DNA of 63,876 nt, filler included, from Limisphaerales bacterium (GCA_044225505.1; 9 parts of 9 records of this genome joined end to end with filler, not necessarily neighbours in it), one strand, 5' to 3'; shown: positions 33,806 to 44,631, counted from the whole stretch's first letter. Numbers and translations are program-made. Notes: a model not told the origin generated them from the letters alone.

Positions 33806-35065
33806 ATGGCGCACGAAAATCGAACCGAAGTCTTGGTTGTCGGAGCCGGGCCGGTGGGCATGTTGACGGCCCTGGCGCTCTCCCACGCAGGCGTTCAAGT
33901 CCATATCATCGATCAGGAATGGCGCACGACATCCCGAACCTATGCCTGTGCCTTACATTCGCGCACTCTCAAACTCCTCGACCAATTTGGGATCGCCCGC
34001 GATGTTCTAGCGGCGGGCCGAGTCATCGATTCTGTTGGGTTTTACGAAGGTGAAAAACGACGTGGCGAGGCGAAGCTGTCCCAATTGAAAGCGGAGTTCC
34101 CGTTTCTCGTGGTGCTTCCCCAAAGCGTTTTCGAACAGCTTCTTGAAACAAAACTTAAGAAAGACGGCACCGTGGAAGTCCACTGGAACCGCCAGCTCAC
34201 CGGGTTGGGAATGGAGTCGGATTCAGTGGTGGCTTCGGTCGACCATTTGGCCGTCTCGGCCAAAGGATACTCCATTCCTGAAATGGAGATTTCCGTTCAA
34301 CGCACTGAAACTATCCGGGCGAATTATGTGATTGGTGCGGATGGTCCCAACTCCATCGTGGCGCGGGAGCTGAATCCTGGATTCGAAACGGTGGGCGAAT
34401 CGGAGTTCTTCGCCGTTTACGAGTTCCAGTCAGATTGGGAGAACAACAAGGAGCTTCAGATTGTGCTCCACAAGGATACCACAAGTGTTCTGTGGCCGCT
34501 GGCCGGCAACCGATTTCGATGGAGTTTTCAATTGCGGCAGGAGCATCTCCAGGATTTCCCGATGAAAGAGAGGAAGTCCTTGTTGATCGGCGATCCCGAG
34601 GCGGATCGGGCCAATCGTCAGTTTATCGATCGGCTGCTGCGCGAGCGCGCGCCTTGGTTCAAGGGAACAATCCAGGAAGTGGGCTGGTCTACCGACGTCG
34701 AGTTTCAGCACCGCGTCGCGAAGTCGTTCGGCAATCTTCGGTGCTGGCTGGCAGGAGACGCAGCCCATCAAACCGGCCCCGCCGCGATGCAAAGTATGAA
34801 CCTCGGTCTCCTGGAAGGTCCCCATTTGGCCGAGGCGATCATCCAAGTTCTGCGCGCCAAAGGCTCGCCAGGGTTGCTGAGAGCCTACGACGAAATGTGT
34901 CGAACGGTCTGGCGGCAAATGCTCGGACTGAATGGGGCTCCGCGCGGTCTACCTGGCGTTGACCCATGGGTGCAGCAGCGCGGCGCTCGCATTCTTGCTT
35001 GCCTGCCCGCTTCCGGCGACGACTTGCACCAACTCCTGCATCAGCTTCATTTGGAGGTGCTTTAA
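33806..35065 (+). CDS. FAD-dependent monooxygenase (FAD_binding_3 family)
   Basis: VVGAGPVG, IGADGPNS and LAGDAAH...MNLG. Confidence 0.9.
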   Translation: MAHENRTEVLVVGAGPVGMLTALALSHAGVQVHIIDQEWRTTSRTYACALHSRTLKLLDQFGIARDVLAAGRVIDSVGFYEGEKRRGEAKLSQLKAEFPFLVVLPQSVFEQLLETKLKKDGTVEVHWNRQLTGLGMESDSVVASVDHLAVSAKGYSIPEMEISVQRTETIRANYVIGADGPNSIVARELNPGFETVGESEFFAVYEFQSDWENNKELQIVLHKDTTSVLWPLAGNRFRWSFQLRQEHLQDFPMKERKSLLIGDPEADRANRQFIDRLLRERAPWFKGTIQEVGWSTDVEFQHRVAKSFGNLRCWLAGDAAHQTGPAAMQSMNLGLLEGPHLAEAIIQVLRAKGSPGLLRAYDEMCRTVWRQMLGLNGAPRGLPGVDPWVQQRGARILACLPASGDDLHQLLHQLHLEVL

Positions 35066-35165
35066 ACGCAGGCTGGTCGCGACCATTGTTGGCCTCGCAC
35101 CGAAAGCGAGGTGTCCAAGCTCATTCGGTGTTGCCAAGGCCACGGGGGCGGCGTTTGATCGTGCC

Positions 35166-36302
35166 ATGAGGCCCGGTTCTAACGCCCCTTGTCACACTCT
35201 CGTCACTTGGTTCGTATTGCTGGCGAGCGCCGCCTCGGCCTTGGCCCAGCGTGAAGTTCCACGCCCTCCCGCGCAGCTGACCAACGCTTTTCGTTGGACG
35301 ATGCGCGAACCGCTGTTCAGCGCAGTCCAGCGGCCGCCTGATCACTGCTATTCCGTCAAGGATCCCACCGTGGTTCGATTTGAAGACCGCTGGCATCTTT
35401 TCGTCACAATCCGAAGTGTCCAACGCTCTCATCAAATCGAATACATCTCGTTCTCTGACTGGTCGAACGCTGCTCAAGCGACACGGCATGTCTTAACGTT
35501 AACCAATGGATACTTTTGTGCCCCTCAGGTCTTCTTCTTTGAGCCACAAAAGAAGTGGTATCTTATCTACCAGGCTCTCGACACCTCCCGCAAAGTCCCG
35601 CTCCAACCCGCATTTTCAACCAGCACCAATCTTTCCGATCCTTCCTCCTGGAGTTCGCCAAGTTTTCTCTTTCCATCGCATCCGGAGAATGTCCCAGGTT
35701 GGATTGATTTCTGGGTCATCTGCGACGACCGCAAAGCCCACTTGTTCTTCACGTCGAATAACGGCCTCATGTGGCGCGCTGAGACCTCGCTTGCTGATTT
35801 TCCACATCATTGGACCACCCCTCAGATCGTGTTGCGGGATGATATCTTCGAGGCGAGTCATACCTACAAACTGACGGGTTCAGAACAGTTCTTGACGGTT
35901 GTGGAAAGCCTCGGCCCCAGCGGGAGGCGTTATTACAAAGCCTACCTCGCTTCCCAACTCGATGGTTCAGAACAGTTCTTGACGGTTGTGGAAAGCCTCG
36001 GCACGAGCGGGAGGCGTTATTACAAATCCTACCTCGATTCCCAACTCGATGGCCAAAGGCAACCGCTCGCCACAACGTGGGAAAAGCCTTTTGCCGGCCT
36101 CACCAATCTCTCCGTGCAGGGAGCGGCCTGGACCGATTCCGTAAGCCATGGGGAACTCATCCGTGCCGGCTTTGATCAACGGATGGAGCTAAACCCAATT
36201 CGGTTAAAGTTTCTATTTCAAGGAGTTTCGGACGCTGACCGCGCTGGGAAGAAATATGGCGAAATTCCATGGCAACTCGGCTTGCTGGAATGCGACCTCT
36301 GA
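35166..36302 (+). CDS. Secreted GH62-like alpha-L-arabinofuranosidase, with an in-frame 29-aa duplication
   Basis: SVKDPTVV, WHLF, YFCAPQVFFF, IDFWVICDD, FEASHTYK and SHGELIR. Confidence 0.82.
   Translation: MRPGSNAPCHTLVTWFVLLASAASALAQREVPRPPAQLTNAFRWTMREPLFSAVQRPPDHCYSVKDPTVVRFEDRWHLFVTIRSVQRSHQIEYISFSDWSNAAQATRHVLTLTNGYFCAPQVFFFEPQKKWYLIYQALDTSRKVPLQPAFSTSTNLSDPSSWSSPSFLFPSHPENVPGWIDFWVICDDRKAHLFFTSNNGLMWRAETSLADFPHHWTTPQIVLRDDIFEASHTYKLTGSEQFLTVVESLGPSGRRYYKAYLASQLDGSEQFLTVVESLGTSGRRYYKSYLDSQLDGQRQPLATTWEKPFAGLTNLSVQGAAWTDSVSHGELIRAGFDQRMELNPIRLKFLFQGVSDADRAGKKYGEIPWQLGLLECDL
35877..36050. repeat. 87-bp near-perfect tandem duplication inside the GH62-like gene
   Basis: GGTTCAGAACAGTTC...CCAACTCGAT at 35877 and 35964, with about 4 mismatches. 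Confidence 0.92.
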
Positions 36303-36404
36303 GATTTGGAAGGGAGGATTATCTCGGACCGGCTGGCACCGCTGGATGCAGGCGCTTTTTTAAGTTGACAGTTACTGTATGACTGTTACCGTACAGCCAT
36401 TCGC

Positions 36405-36947
36405 ATGAACCGCGTCATTGAGGCTTTTATGTTTATCCGTCCATCTCTCGTTCCTAACTCGCGTCGTTCTTCGCTCTCCGTCCTCTCCTGGCTCTTTGCT
36501 TGCACCGTCTTATTCGCTCTCTCAGGACCTCTTCAGGCCGCGAACCTTGCCCCTAAGGTTCGCATCTCCCAACCGTCCTTTGGAACTGGCTTCTCTGCTC
36601 CGACCAAGGTCGAGATCACCGTGGAAGCAGAAGATGCGGATGGCCAGCTGACGGAAGTGGAAGTGATTACCGACCTCGGCAGTTTGGGCAAAAGGCCCCT
36701 CTCTGACCCCGCCACGGGGCCAATTCAAATCCTGCAGTGGATCTGGGAAAACCCTCCGTCAGGCGAACACAAGCTCTCGGCCCGCGCCACTGATAATGAA
36801 GGAGCGACCACCTACTCGGAGTCTGTCCTTATTACTGTCAAAGGGGATCTTCCAGCGGATGTCTCCACTCTAAAGTTTGTGAGCCCGTCGCCTGGAGAGG
36901 TATTTCCGCCCGGTGCATCCATCCATTTGGAACTTGTCGCGATCGAT
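36405..36947 (+). CDS. Secreted protein with bacterial Ig-like domain, 3'-truncated
   Basis: Signal peptide, then NLAPKVRISQP...AEDADG...ARATDNEGATT. Confidence 0.75.
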
Positions 36948-37673
36948 NNNNNNNNNNNNNNNNNNNNNNNNNNNNNNNNNNNNNNNNNNNNTTAATTAAT
37001 TAANNNNNNNNNNNNNNNNNNNNNNNNNNNNNNNNNNNNNNNNNNNNTCTGTCCGATGTAAGCACGGGCGTCATACCAAACACCTGAAAACGGATCGTTT
37101 CTAGCGCAAGTGATTGCCTAGCAGGAGTTGGCTGCGGTTGACAAATTGTTTACTAACCCTCGGTCATCCCAGTCATTCCAGGTAGAACGCGGCGAAAGTA
37201 AGCCCGGTCGCTTTAGGGTCATGGGGTGGCCAGTTGAAGAAGACCCAAGCCCGCGAGGGAGCGGATATGCCTTATCCAGAACCGATACCGATGCCGATGC
37301 CGACCCCGACCGCGACGTGGAAGGGACATTAGTGTGGGTGCGGGGTCGGACCTGAGTAAGAGTCTCACCTGTTGGCGGTTGTGCATTTCGATATCGTTAA
37401 CACCCGGGCTTAGCGGCTGATTTGCTCCCATCGAAGTTGGCTAGAAGAGGTAGGCCTATCCCGTGGAGATCTCCTCCTGTGCCAAGAGCCTACAGGAATT
37501 TGCCGTGGTTCGGGATCCGGTGTCGCGCTTGTTTCAGCCCCGCCGCTGGAGTGCTTTCTGGAAGATGTTCGCTCCACATCGGATAGCGAATTCATCTCCA
37601 ATGCCGGAAGGGCCGCTCTGGTTTTTCCGTCGGTCAGTCCCTAATATGGGATTCTGCGGGTTAGCGTTGGTCC

Positions 37674-39509
37674 TCATCTCGAAGGCGAACATTCCTGAGC
37701 GACTGGGCCAAAAATAGAATCCCGCCATAGTTCAGCCGGTAACGGCGAGCGATGCTTGAGGCAGGCCAACACCACAACCGAGATGGGCAGCCCCTCGGGA
37801 AATGAGGTTTTTCGAGCACTGCGACTCTTTCGAATGAACTTTTCAAAATGGCCTGCGATCGTCGAACCATCCTGTAGGGCGTCAGGGCCAAGCGTTTCAA
37901 AACTCTGCGATTCACCTTCATCGGCCAAACCTTTAATGAGAATCTTCTTTCCCCAATCCTCCGGCGGGACCCAGCCAAGCAAGTCGATCGGCTGCGAATC
38001 TCCCAGAGGCTGCCCTTCGCTATCTCTACCCAGGACGAGCTGCTTGTAATACAACTCCACGAGCCGATCTCGTTCTTGGATCGGGAGGCTGAAGCACCAT
38101 TCCAAAATGCAGAGCAACAGCATTGAGCTTTGATCGCAGAACTCAAGTGGCTTCTCTTCCGTAGCAACGGCCTCGAATACCGAGGTGAGAGAGTTTCCGC
38201 CTTCCAAAAATGGCAGGGGGGTTGCCCCGGCGCGTCGAACCATCAGGCAATTCCCCAAACCGAGAAGCCAAGCGAAGATGTCGTTTGAACGACCCAACTG
38301 CCAAAACGTTCTCCAGATGAGGAATAGCTCGATGTGGTGAAGATCGAGCAGCGGTCGGAGCGCCGCAGGATTTGCGTTGAGCAAGGCGGTCAGCCAGTTC
38401 GCTACTTTTCGCATTGCCTGTTTCAGAGCGGCCATTTCGTTCTTGTCCCCTCGCGGCAACCGTTCCCCGAAGGAAATGGCGAGGATTCCGAGACGGGCGA
38501 TATGCCAAAAGGCGACCATTGCGGCAACAACGGTGTCCACGTAACCGGCGGCGTGATTCACCTCCAGACCGTCTCTTGCAGCCAACTCATTGCTGTGGCC
38601 GTCGTAATACTGCTCCAGTTCAGCCAAATAGAATCCGACCCACATTTGATGCACTGCAAGTCGGACTCCACTATTGCGGGATGCCTGATGAACGTTCCAA
38701 GCGGAGAGCATTGCCCATTCAACCAAGTCGATCCAACCGGTCTGTGCAGTAGGATTCTCGATTCCATGCTCGCGGAGAATGAGCAGAGCCACAGGCAGCA
38801 GTCGGACTGCCCGTTCGTCAGCGTTCTCCGACAGCAAGTCAGTCAAGAAGCGTCGCCAATTGGGAATCAGCTGGTTCGTCCATTCGTCTGAGCCATGTCG
38901 AAAGTCGGCGAATTGTGAGCATAAGTAGCTGAATAAGCTAAAAAACCGCTGAGGCAGCAGTGATGGGGTTAGCAGCCTCTCTCTAACTTCTTCCGTTAAC
39001 GTAGTGAGATTCCATCGCTCGAATCTGAGCTGGACATTGTCGCCGACCTTTGTTCCGAGCGTTTTCGTCTGACGCTCAAACAGTTCAATGCCAGTCTGGT
39101 CTTCGTCTTTGTTGTAGACGAGGATGACTCGTACCACAGAAATGCTCTTTAGCCCGCTTGCTTCCAAGTCCGGAGCAGCTGCTCGTCTCAGATCCGCATC
39201 GAAATCATTTTGCGTCCAGGTTGAGTTTGTGAGAGGTTCGTCCTTCAACACGAAAATCGTGAGCACCTTGTCGTCACGCGATACGAACGCCGCATCAATA
39301 CCGAATTCAGCTTCCGTCTTGGTCTTTGAAATCTCGTTCGCTCCACCACGGAAGAAGGGAAGGCGATGCGGAATCAGGTCCTCGGCCAATGCCAGGTTGT
39401 AGATGATCCAGTCGAATCCGAATTTTGTGCCTTTCTTCTCCGCGCGAGTCCGTTCCGCCAGACCCCGAATGTAATACGTAAGGAACGATGTTTTGAAATC
39501 GATACTCAT
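37674..39509 (-). CDS. Hypothetical protein with N-terminal restriction-endonuclease-like (PD-(D/E)XK) motif
   Basis: 611 aa; EFGIDAAF...TIFVLKD; ATGA overlap with the upstream gene. Confidence 0.6.
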   Translation of the reverse strand: MSIDFKTSFLTYYIRGLAERTRAEKKGTKFGFDWIIYNLALAEDLIPHRLPFFRGGANEISKTKTEAEFGIDAAFVSRDDKVLTIFVLKDEPLTNSTWTQNDFDADLRRAAAPDLEASGLKSISVVRVILVYNKDEDQTGIELFERQTKTLGTKVGDNVQLRFERWNLTTLTEEVRERLLTPSLLPQRFFSLFSYLCSQFADFRHGSDEWTNQLIPNWRRFLTDLLSENADERAVRLLPVALLILREHGIENPTAQTGWIDLVEWAMLSAWNVHQASRNSGVRLAVHQMWVGFYLAELEQYYDGHSNELAARDGLEVNHAAGYVDTVVAAMVAFWHIARLGILAISFGERLPRGDKNEMAALKQAMRKVANWLTALLNANPAALRPLLDLHHIELFLIWRTFWQLGRSNDIFAWLLGLGNCLMVRRAGATPLPFLEGGNSLTSVFEAVATEEKPLEFCDQSSMLLLCILEWCFSLPIQERDRLVELYYKQLVLGRDSEGQPLGDSQPIDLLGWVPPEDWGKKILIKGLADEGESQSFETLGPDALQDGSTIAGHFEKFIRKSRSARKTSFPEGLPISVVVLACLKHRSPLPAELWRDSIFGPVAQECSPSR

Positions 39510-41560
39510 TCAGTGGTGTTGCCAAGTTCCCGGATTCTGACGGACGCTTGATAACGCCGAAGGTTCATTCCTTCCGGATCGATGAATTCCATGCGTGGCA
39601 TCTCCACGGAACTGGAGAACTGTTGCAGGCTCGACGCATCGCTCAAGCTGTCGTCATGAAACGTGCTCCATTGCTTTCCGTAGAGGAGTCGCACCTTCCT
39701 GAACAGCTTGATGAACACCGACATCTCTTCTGCACTCTTTGCGACTGTGCGCGAAAACCGCCTTGCGTGCAGCTTTGCCGCCTGCGGAGCCCCTGCCACC
39801 TCCATAGCAGCTAAACCCGATTCGCTCGCGGTCTTGAGTTGCTCAAAGTAAGCGTCGACCTCGGCAATCGCCTTCTGAAGAATCGGAAACTCGCGCAAGC
39901 GGTACAGGAATTCTTCACGGCATGCGCCGGGGTAATTCTTCAACTGAAGCACCAGTTCGTTATAGAACTCGCCTTGCATGGCGCTGTTCATGCGCTCTAT
40001 TGGAGGAATCAAGACAATAAGGAAACGTGCGTTCGCCGCCGCATGAAGCGACGTGCGTTGGGATTCATAAAAGGCGAGTGCAAGCCGGCGTTCATCCAGT
40101 CGCTCAAGCACCTCCTTGGGAACTGCGGCCAAATCGAGGTCGTCGAAAAAGAAGAGGCCAAGCTTCCGACACTGAGCCGTTTCATCGAATAGAAGTTGTC
40201 CAACCGCGCCAGCGACATCTCGTCCGCGCATTTTCGACAGCAACCATTCGAACTCGCGAGCAGTCTTCAGGACCTTGAGCCAGTTAGCGGCGTTGGCGCG
40301 CGCGAACTTCACCAAAAAATCTGTGAACGCGGCGAAATCGTGCTGCAACAATTCCACTAAGAAATGCTCAACCCTCTGCCAAATACCCTTATGTTCAGGC
40401 AGGACCGGCTGCGCGGACAATATGAGCGCGGCAGCGTCACTTCTGCCTGGAGGTCTAACCTGCGCCGCGAACTCAATGACAGAGTACTTGGACGCAGGCG
40501 AAAGAGACGACGAGACGTTGGCCTGCAACCAAGCCATGCCAATGTCGAAACAGTCGGAAGAAATTACCGGGCTGAGCAGGACTCGACAAATGATCCCAAA
40601 ACCCTGATCGCGCTCTTCTTTGGTGCCGGCGGAGATACGTGAGGTGAGCGCCACAAAATCGGCCTTTTCCAATTTTCCTCGCCAAGCGGTGTGAATCCAC
40701 GAGCGGCTGTAAACGGCGCGTGGGCCTGGCGTCGCTGCCTGCGAAAACTCCAGCTCAGTGGGTGCCAGGACACGTTGAAGAGCAGAGTCCGTATTCAACG
40801 ACCGAAGCGTCCCGAGGACGCATGCAGCGACCAAGATTTGCTCCTCATCGCGCGTCGCCGCCAAGCACCGGAGCACCTCAACGGCATTTTGCGGATGAAA
40901 CTCGCAGTATGCTTCCAGTGCTTTCCAGAAACCACCGGATGCTGAATCGTTCCCGATTCTCTTTACCAATGAAGGGAACCAATCGGCTGCGAACTGGGGT
41001 CGCAATTCGCGCTCGCGGAGGAGAAAACCCAGGTAGTAAAGAGTTTGGAAGAATCCGGGACTACCGATGCGCGGCAGCGCCGCCAGTAGCGTTTCGCCGT
41101 TTTCGGCCTTTAGCTGTCCAATGGTATTGTCCAGGAGTGCGCCAGCCAGACGGTTTGACGTTTCATTCCATCCGAGACGCAAGTGCAAATCGTTGACACG
41201 CTCGAAAAACTCGGGAGCTAGCGGAACTCCGTTCGGAAACAAAGCGTGGACCAGGTCTGCAGTTCGTTTGGGATCCGCCAGCGTTGATTCGATTTCCTCC
41301 TTCAGGGCACTTGTAGATTCAGCACGATGTCGCGGTTCGTGCTCAGTCGTTTCCTTAACCAGATCAAGCAGCAGCGGGGCCGTTGTAGAAGGTGAATCCC
41401 GGGTCGGTTCGTCGCCTCGCTTTCGTTGATCTGCCAAACCGATAATCAAATCCTCACGAAGCCGTTCCAAAATTCGCAATTTCTCTCCGAACGGCAGCGC
41501 TCGGAGCTCAGCTCGTGTTTGCCGTTTGCTTTCAAAGGTCTTGCTGGTCTCGCTATTCAT
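39506..41560 (-). CDS. Large alpha-helical hypothetical protein whose N-terminus resembles the short partner peptide of the upstream nucleotidyltransferase
   Basis: ATG 41560 overlaps the upstream stop (ATGA); starts ...SKRQTRAELRALPFGEKLRILERLRE; about 680 aa. Confidence 0.6.
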   Translation of the reverse strand: MNSETSKTFESKRQTRAELRALPFGEKLRILERLREDLIIGLADQRKRGDEPTRDSPSTTAPLLLDLVKETTEHEPRHRAESTSALKEEIESTLADPKRTADLVHALFPNGVPLAPEFFERVNDLHLRLGWNETSNRLAGALLDNTIGQLKAENGETLLAALPRIGSPGFFQTLYYLGFLLRERELRPQFAADWFPSLVKRIGNDSASGGFWKALEAYCEFHPQNAVEVLRCLAATRDEEQILVAACVLGTLRSLNTDSALQRVLAPTELEFSQAATPGPRAVYSRSWIHTAWRGKLEKADFVALTSRISAGTKEERDQGFGIICRVLLSPVISSDCFDIGMAWLQANVSSSLSPASKYSVIEFAAQVRPPGRSDAAALILSAQPVLPEHKGIWQRVEHFLVELLQHDFAAFTDFLVKFARANAANWLKVLKTAREFEWLLSKMRGRDVAGAVGQLLFDETAQCRKLGLFFFDDLDLAAVPKEVLERLDERRLALAFYESQRTSLHAAANARFLIVLIPPIERMNSAMQGEFYNELVLQLKNYPGACREEFLYRLREFPILQKAIAEVDAYFEQLKTASESGLAAMEVAGAPQAAKLHARRFSRTVAKSAEEMSVFIKLFRKVRLLYGKQWSTFHDDSLSDASSLQQFSSSVEMPRMEFIDPEGMNLRRYQASVRIRELGNTTE

Positions 41561-42207
41561 GAGCCGTTGAGAAACTGCTGCCTGAACCGTATCCACTTCT
41601 CGAGCATTTGATGGCGACCAAGTATTTCCTCCAGTGCTTTCTGGTCAACTGCTTCCGCATCGATGAACTGCAGAATCCTCGCTTTGTCTTTTGGCCGGCC
41701 GGTTTCGAGGGCTACTGCGACAAGATGTTCAGCGGTGAACACGAACGTGGGGACGCCTTCAACATCGACCATCCTTGCTCGTGCAATAGCTTCTTCGGCG
41801 AGCGCTCCTGTTGGTGGTAGGAACTGGACGAGCCAATCCTCGACTTTGAGCGCCTCACCAACTGCGGTGTATCCACGCGCCGTCAGGTAGTCGTAAATGG
41901 GCTTTAGTGTGATGATCGAACTTCCGGTCTCAGGGTGAATCGCGACAAACACGTCTACATCCATCGTTGGCATCGGTTCCAGATAGAAAGTTGCGCCGAC
42001 CGCTCCGCCAATTGCGTATCGGCCGATGACTCCCGCTGCCTGCATCTCATTGATCACTTTGAGTGTCCGCGTAAGTTTTAGCGTTGCGCGCGGCAGCGCT
42101 GGGGCGTTAGGAGCATTTGATTCGCGTGAGGCATTCAAGTCCTCAGTGCGGATCTCGCCTATTCGCCATTCCTCGGGATTTTTCTTCGGCTTTCGTTTTC
42201 CGGCCAT
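41557..42207 (-). CDS. Pol-beta-like nucleotidyltransferase-fold protein (AbiEii/MNT-like)
   Basis: YAIGGAVGATFY...TMDVDVFV...GRPKD motifs. Confidence 0.75.
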   Translation of the reverse strand: MAGKRKPKKNPEEWRIGEIRTEDLNASRESNAPNAPALPRATLKLTRTLKVINEMQAAGVIGRYAIGGAVGATFYLEPMPTMDVDVFVAIHPETGSSIITLKPIYDYLTARGYTAVGEALKVEDWLVQFLPPTGALAEEAIARARMVDVEGVPTFVFTAEHLVAVALETGRPKDKARILQFIDAEAVDQKALEEILGRHQMLEKWIRFRQQFLNGS

Positions 42208-42385
42208 ATCTCTTCTGTGAAGAGTAATCCCTTTGCCTGCGCTTTTAAACGCAAATACTCAATAACCACGTCGCGTCAGCAAAAATGGGTGACCATGGCT
42301 TAAACCGATCGTTGTCAGTTGGGCGAATGCATACTCCATAGCGCGGAAGCGGTTAGAAGATGTTGACCGCGTGCTCGAAGAGAGC

Positions 42386-42486
42386 GGCGGACTAACCGGT
42401 GCAGCGAGCCAGAGCCAGGCGGCTGCACGACGGAGAAAGGGAAGATCAGCGGCGGCTGGCTCTGGTCGCTGACCTGATCGTTACGC
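42386..42486 (+). mobile_element. attC-like integron recombination site
   Basis: L'' GGTGCAGC pairs with L' GCTGACC leaving one extrahelical base; long inner stem AGAGCCAG/CTGGCTCT; 5-nt spacer, then R' GTTACGC. R'' is degenerate. Confidence 0.6.
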
Positions 42487-42503
42487 TGCGTGACCTCTCC
42501 GCC

Positions 42504-42911
42504 ATGAGAATCCAACATTCGGCGATTACCAGCCCGATTTTCGAACTGGTTAGGACGGTCGAAGTCGATTTGACTTTAGACGATGAAACTTGGCCCACTC
42601 GTTTTGAGATTTTCCGCGACACAGAGCGTTCGGATTTCTACAGGTGCCGCGTTTGGCAGTTAGAACTCTTCAGAATACAGTCCAGTTTTCCGCAGGAGGG
42701 AGCTAATCCTGCACATCAACCATCTGACCATCTGCTCATGGTCGAATGGAATGGCCCGCACGTGGGCTTATATGAAGACTTTGTTGCCGAAAGCGCGGAG
42801 GCGGCATTAAGCAAGGTGATGGCTGATTTCGCAGATCCTCGAACATACCACCTGCGAACCCGCAGCGCATCCACGGAACGCATCGAGCACCGCGAACGCA
42901 CCAAACCTTGA
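42504..42911 (+). CDS. Hypothetical protein, cassette-like ORF directly after the attC-like site
   Basis: ATG 17 nt after R'; 135 aa. Confidence 0.55.
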   Translation: MRIQHSAITSPIFELVRTVEVDLTLDDETWPTRFEIFRDTERSDFYRCRVWQLELFRIQSSFPQEGANPAHQPSDHLLMVEWNGPHVGLYEDFVAESAEAALSKVMADFADPRTYHLRTRSASTERIEHRERTKP

Positions 42912-43263
42912 ACGGACACCGGGCGCGCGGTGTCGATGATTCGGACTTTTGGACTGTTGCCAAGTCGGGGTCGAAGACACGTAGGTATTTTATGAAACTC
43001 AACGCGCCTTCCGTTCAGAGTGCGGTCGCTGTTCTGTCCGAGCTCTCGTGGCTGGGATCCTAGCCGGTGCTGGAGAGCTAACGATTGTGAACCGTGCCCA
43101 TGGGATGGGGACGATGGAAATGATGGAGCAACTGCTGGCGTCGGACTTCTTGTCAGCGATTGGGAGCTAGAGTGCGAGACTGGCAAAAGACCAAGCACCT
43201 CAGCGTCTGATGAGTCCAACGAATTGAGGCAATATCAACCTGAAGCTCGAGGGATAAGGAGTA

Positions 43264-43890
43264 ATGATTATGAAGGAACTGAAGGCTATCGCTGTAACTG
43301 CCCTGTCGCTTGGATGGATCGCGACAGCCGTTGTGAGCTGTGGTCGGAAGGATCAGACGAATCCGGACGTTTCTCAGATCTCACGGTCGGAGACGATCCA
43401 TACACTCGAAACCAATCTCGGCCCCGTCGTGAAGGTTCGAGTTGCCCTGCTCAACGAGAGGCGGGCTTTTGACGCTTCACCAAAGACGAAGAGATTTGAC
43501 GAAGAATTGCGGACATACGGACGTTCGTTGGAAGAGAAACTCAAAAAGCTGATGGACAATCAAGGAAGTTCGCCGGAGGACAAAGATCTTCAAATCGAGG
43601 AGTTCAAGCGCAGCGCGCAACAAGAGATGGAGAGCAAAAAGGTGAAAATGCGTGCCGAGATCCTCGCAGAGATTTCCCAAGCTGCAGCAACAGTGGCACG
43701 GAAAAACGGGTATAGCCTTGTTTTTGAGAGCAACTCGCTAAAGGAGGGAGCAAGGAAGGCTCTATTCGTTTCAGATGAAAGTGCCTTGGCGGACTCCGGC
43801 ACTCAAGTCCAGGCGCTGAGATCTGAATACGCATCGCTCCCAGACCTGACCGACGAGGTATGCAAGTCACTTACCGAGGGTAACCCATGA
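43264..43890 (+). CDS. OmpH/Skp-like periplasmic protein, probable lipoprotein
   Basis: Signal with VSC, coiled-coil middle, VARKNGYSLVF and a C-terminal DLTDEV. Confidence 0.7.
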   Translation: MIMKELKAIAVTALSLGWIATAVVSCGRKDQTNPDVSQISRSETIHTLETNLGPVVKVRVALLNERRAFDASPKTKRFDEELRTYGRSLEEKLKKLMDNQGSSPEDKDLQIEEFKRSAQQEMESKKVKMRAEILAEISQAAATVARKNGYSLVFESNSLKEGARKALFVSDESALADSGTQVQALRSEYASLPDLTDEVCKSLTEGNP

Positions 43891-44390
43891 ACCGTAGGCC
43901 TTTGACAGTTGCGTAAAAAGTCGAGGCAACAAATGCGCGGCGAGGAGATCAACCTGGAATCGGGGCGGCGCGAGACGCCGCTTATCCTTGCTCTGTTTCG
44001 TTCGGTGATTGGAAAAGCGTATGTTCATCCGACTTTTCTTGACCTCGTATTGGCTTGCCAAAGCACGTTGGAGAATCTTCGTCGCGTCGCTCGCCTTTGC
44101 GGTTTTGGTTGCTACGGCGTGGACGCTTCTTGCCCGCCCGGTCTACAGTGCAAAGACGGTTATTAATGTCCCGGACTTGTGTCCCAAGTGCCACCGCGCT
44201 CACTCTCAAAATATCGACATTGTGAGGCTTCAGATATCACCCTGTGACCTCCCATCGCCGAGTAAGCAATGAAACAGGAGCTACCGAACCATTCACCGAA
44301 ACGAACATCCGCCGGTTCTTCGCCGGCTGTGGTTTGCTTTCATCCTACCTTGAACAAGGATGGCTCTCACGGAGGCACCACGGCACGGAG

Positions 44391-44531
44391 ATGAAGGAGA
44401 ATGCGATCGGGACCATTGGGGGCGACGGTGCGGTCGAGTTGCACCGCGATTTAAGACCCGGTTTGCTGGAGACGGTCTATGAAGTAACCCTGGCCCGATT
44501 CCTGGAAGGATGTGGTTTAGGGATCCAGCGC
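44391..44531 (+). CDS. GxxExxY family protein, 3'-truncated
   Basis: MKENAIG...AVELHRDLRPGLLETVYE. Confidence 0.75.
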
Positions 44532-44631
44532 NNNNNNNNNNNNNNNNNNNNNNNNNNNNNNNNNNNNNNNNNNNNTTAATTAATTAANNNNNNNNNNNNN
44601 NNNNNNNNNNNNNNNNNNNNNNNNNNNNNNN

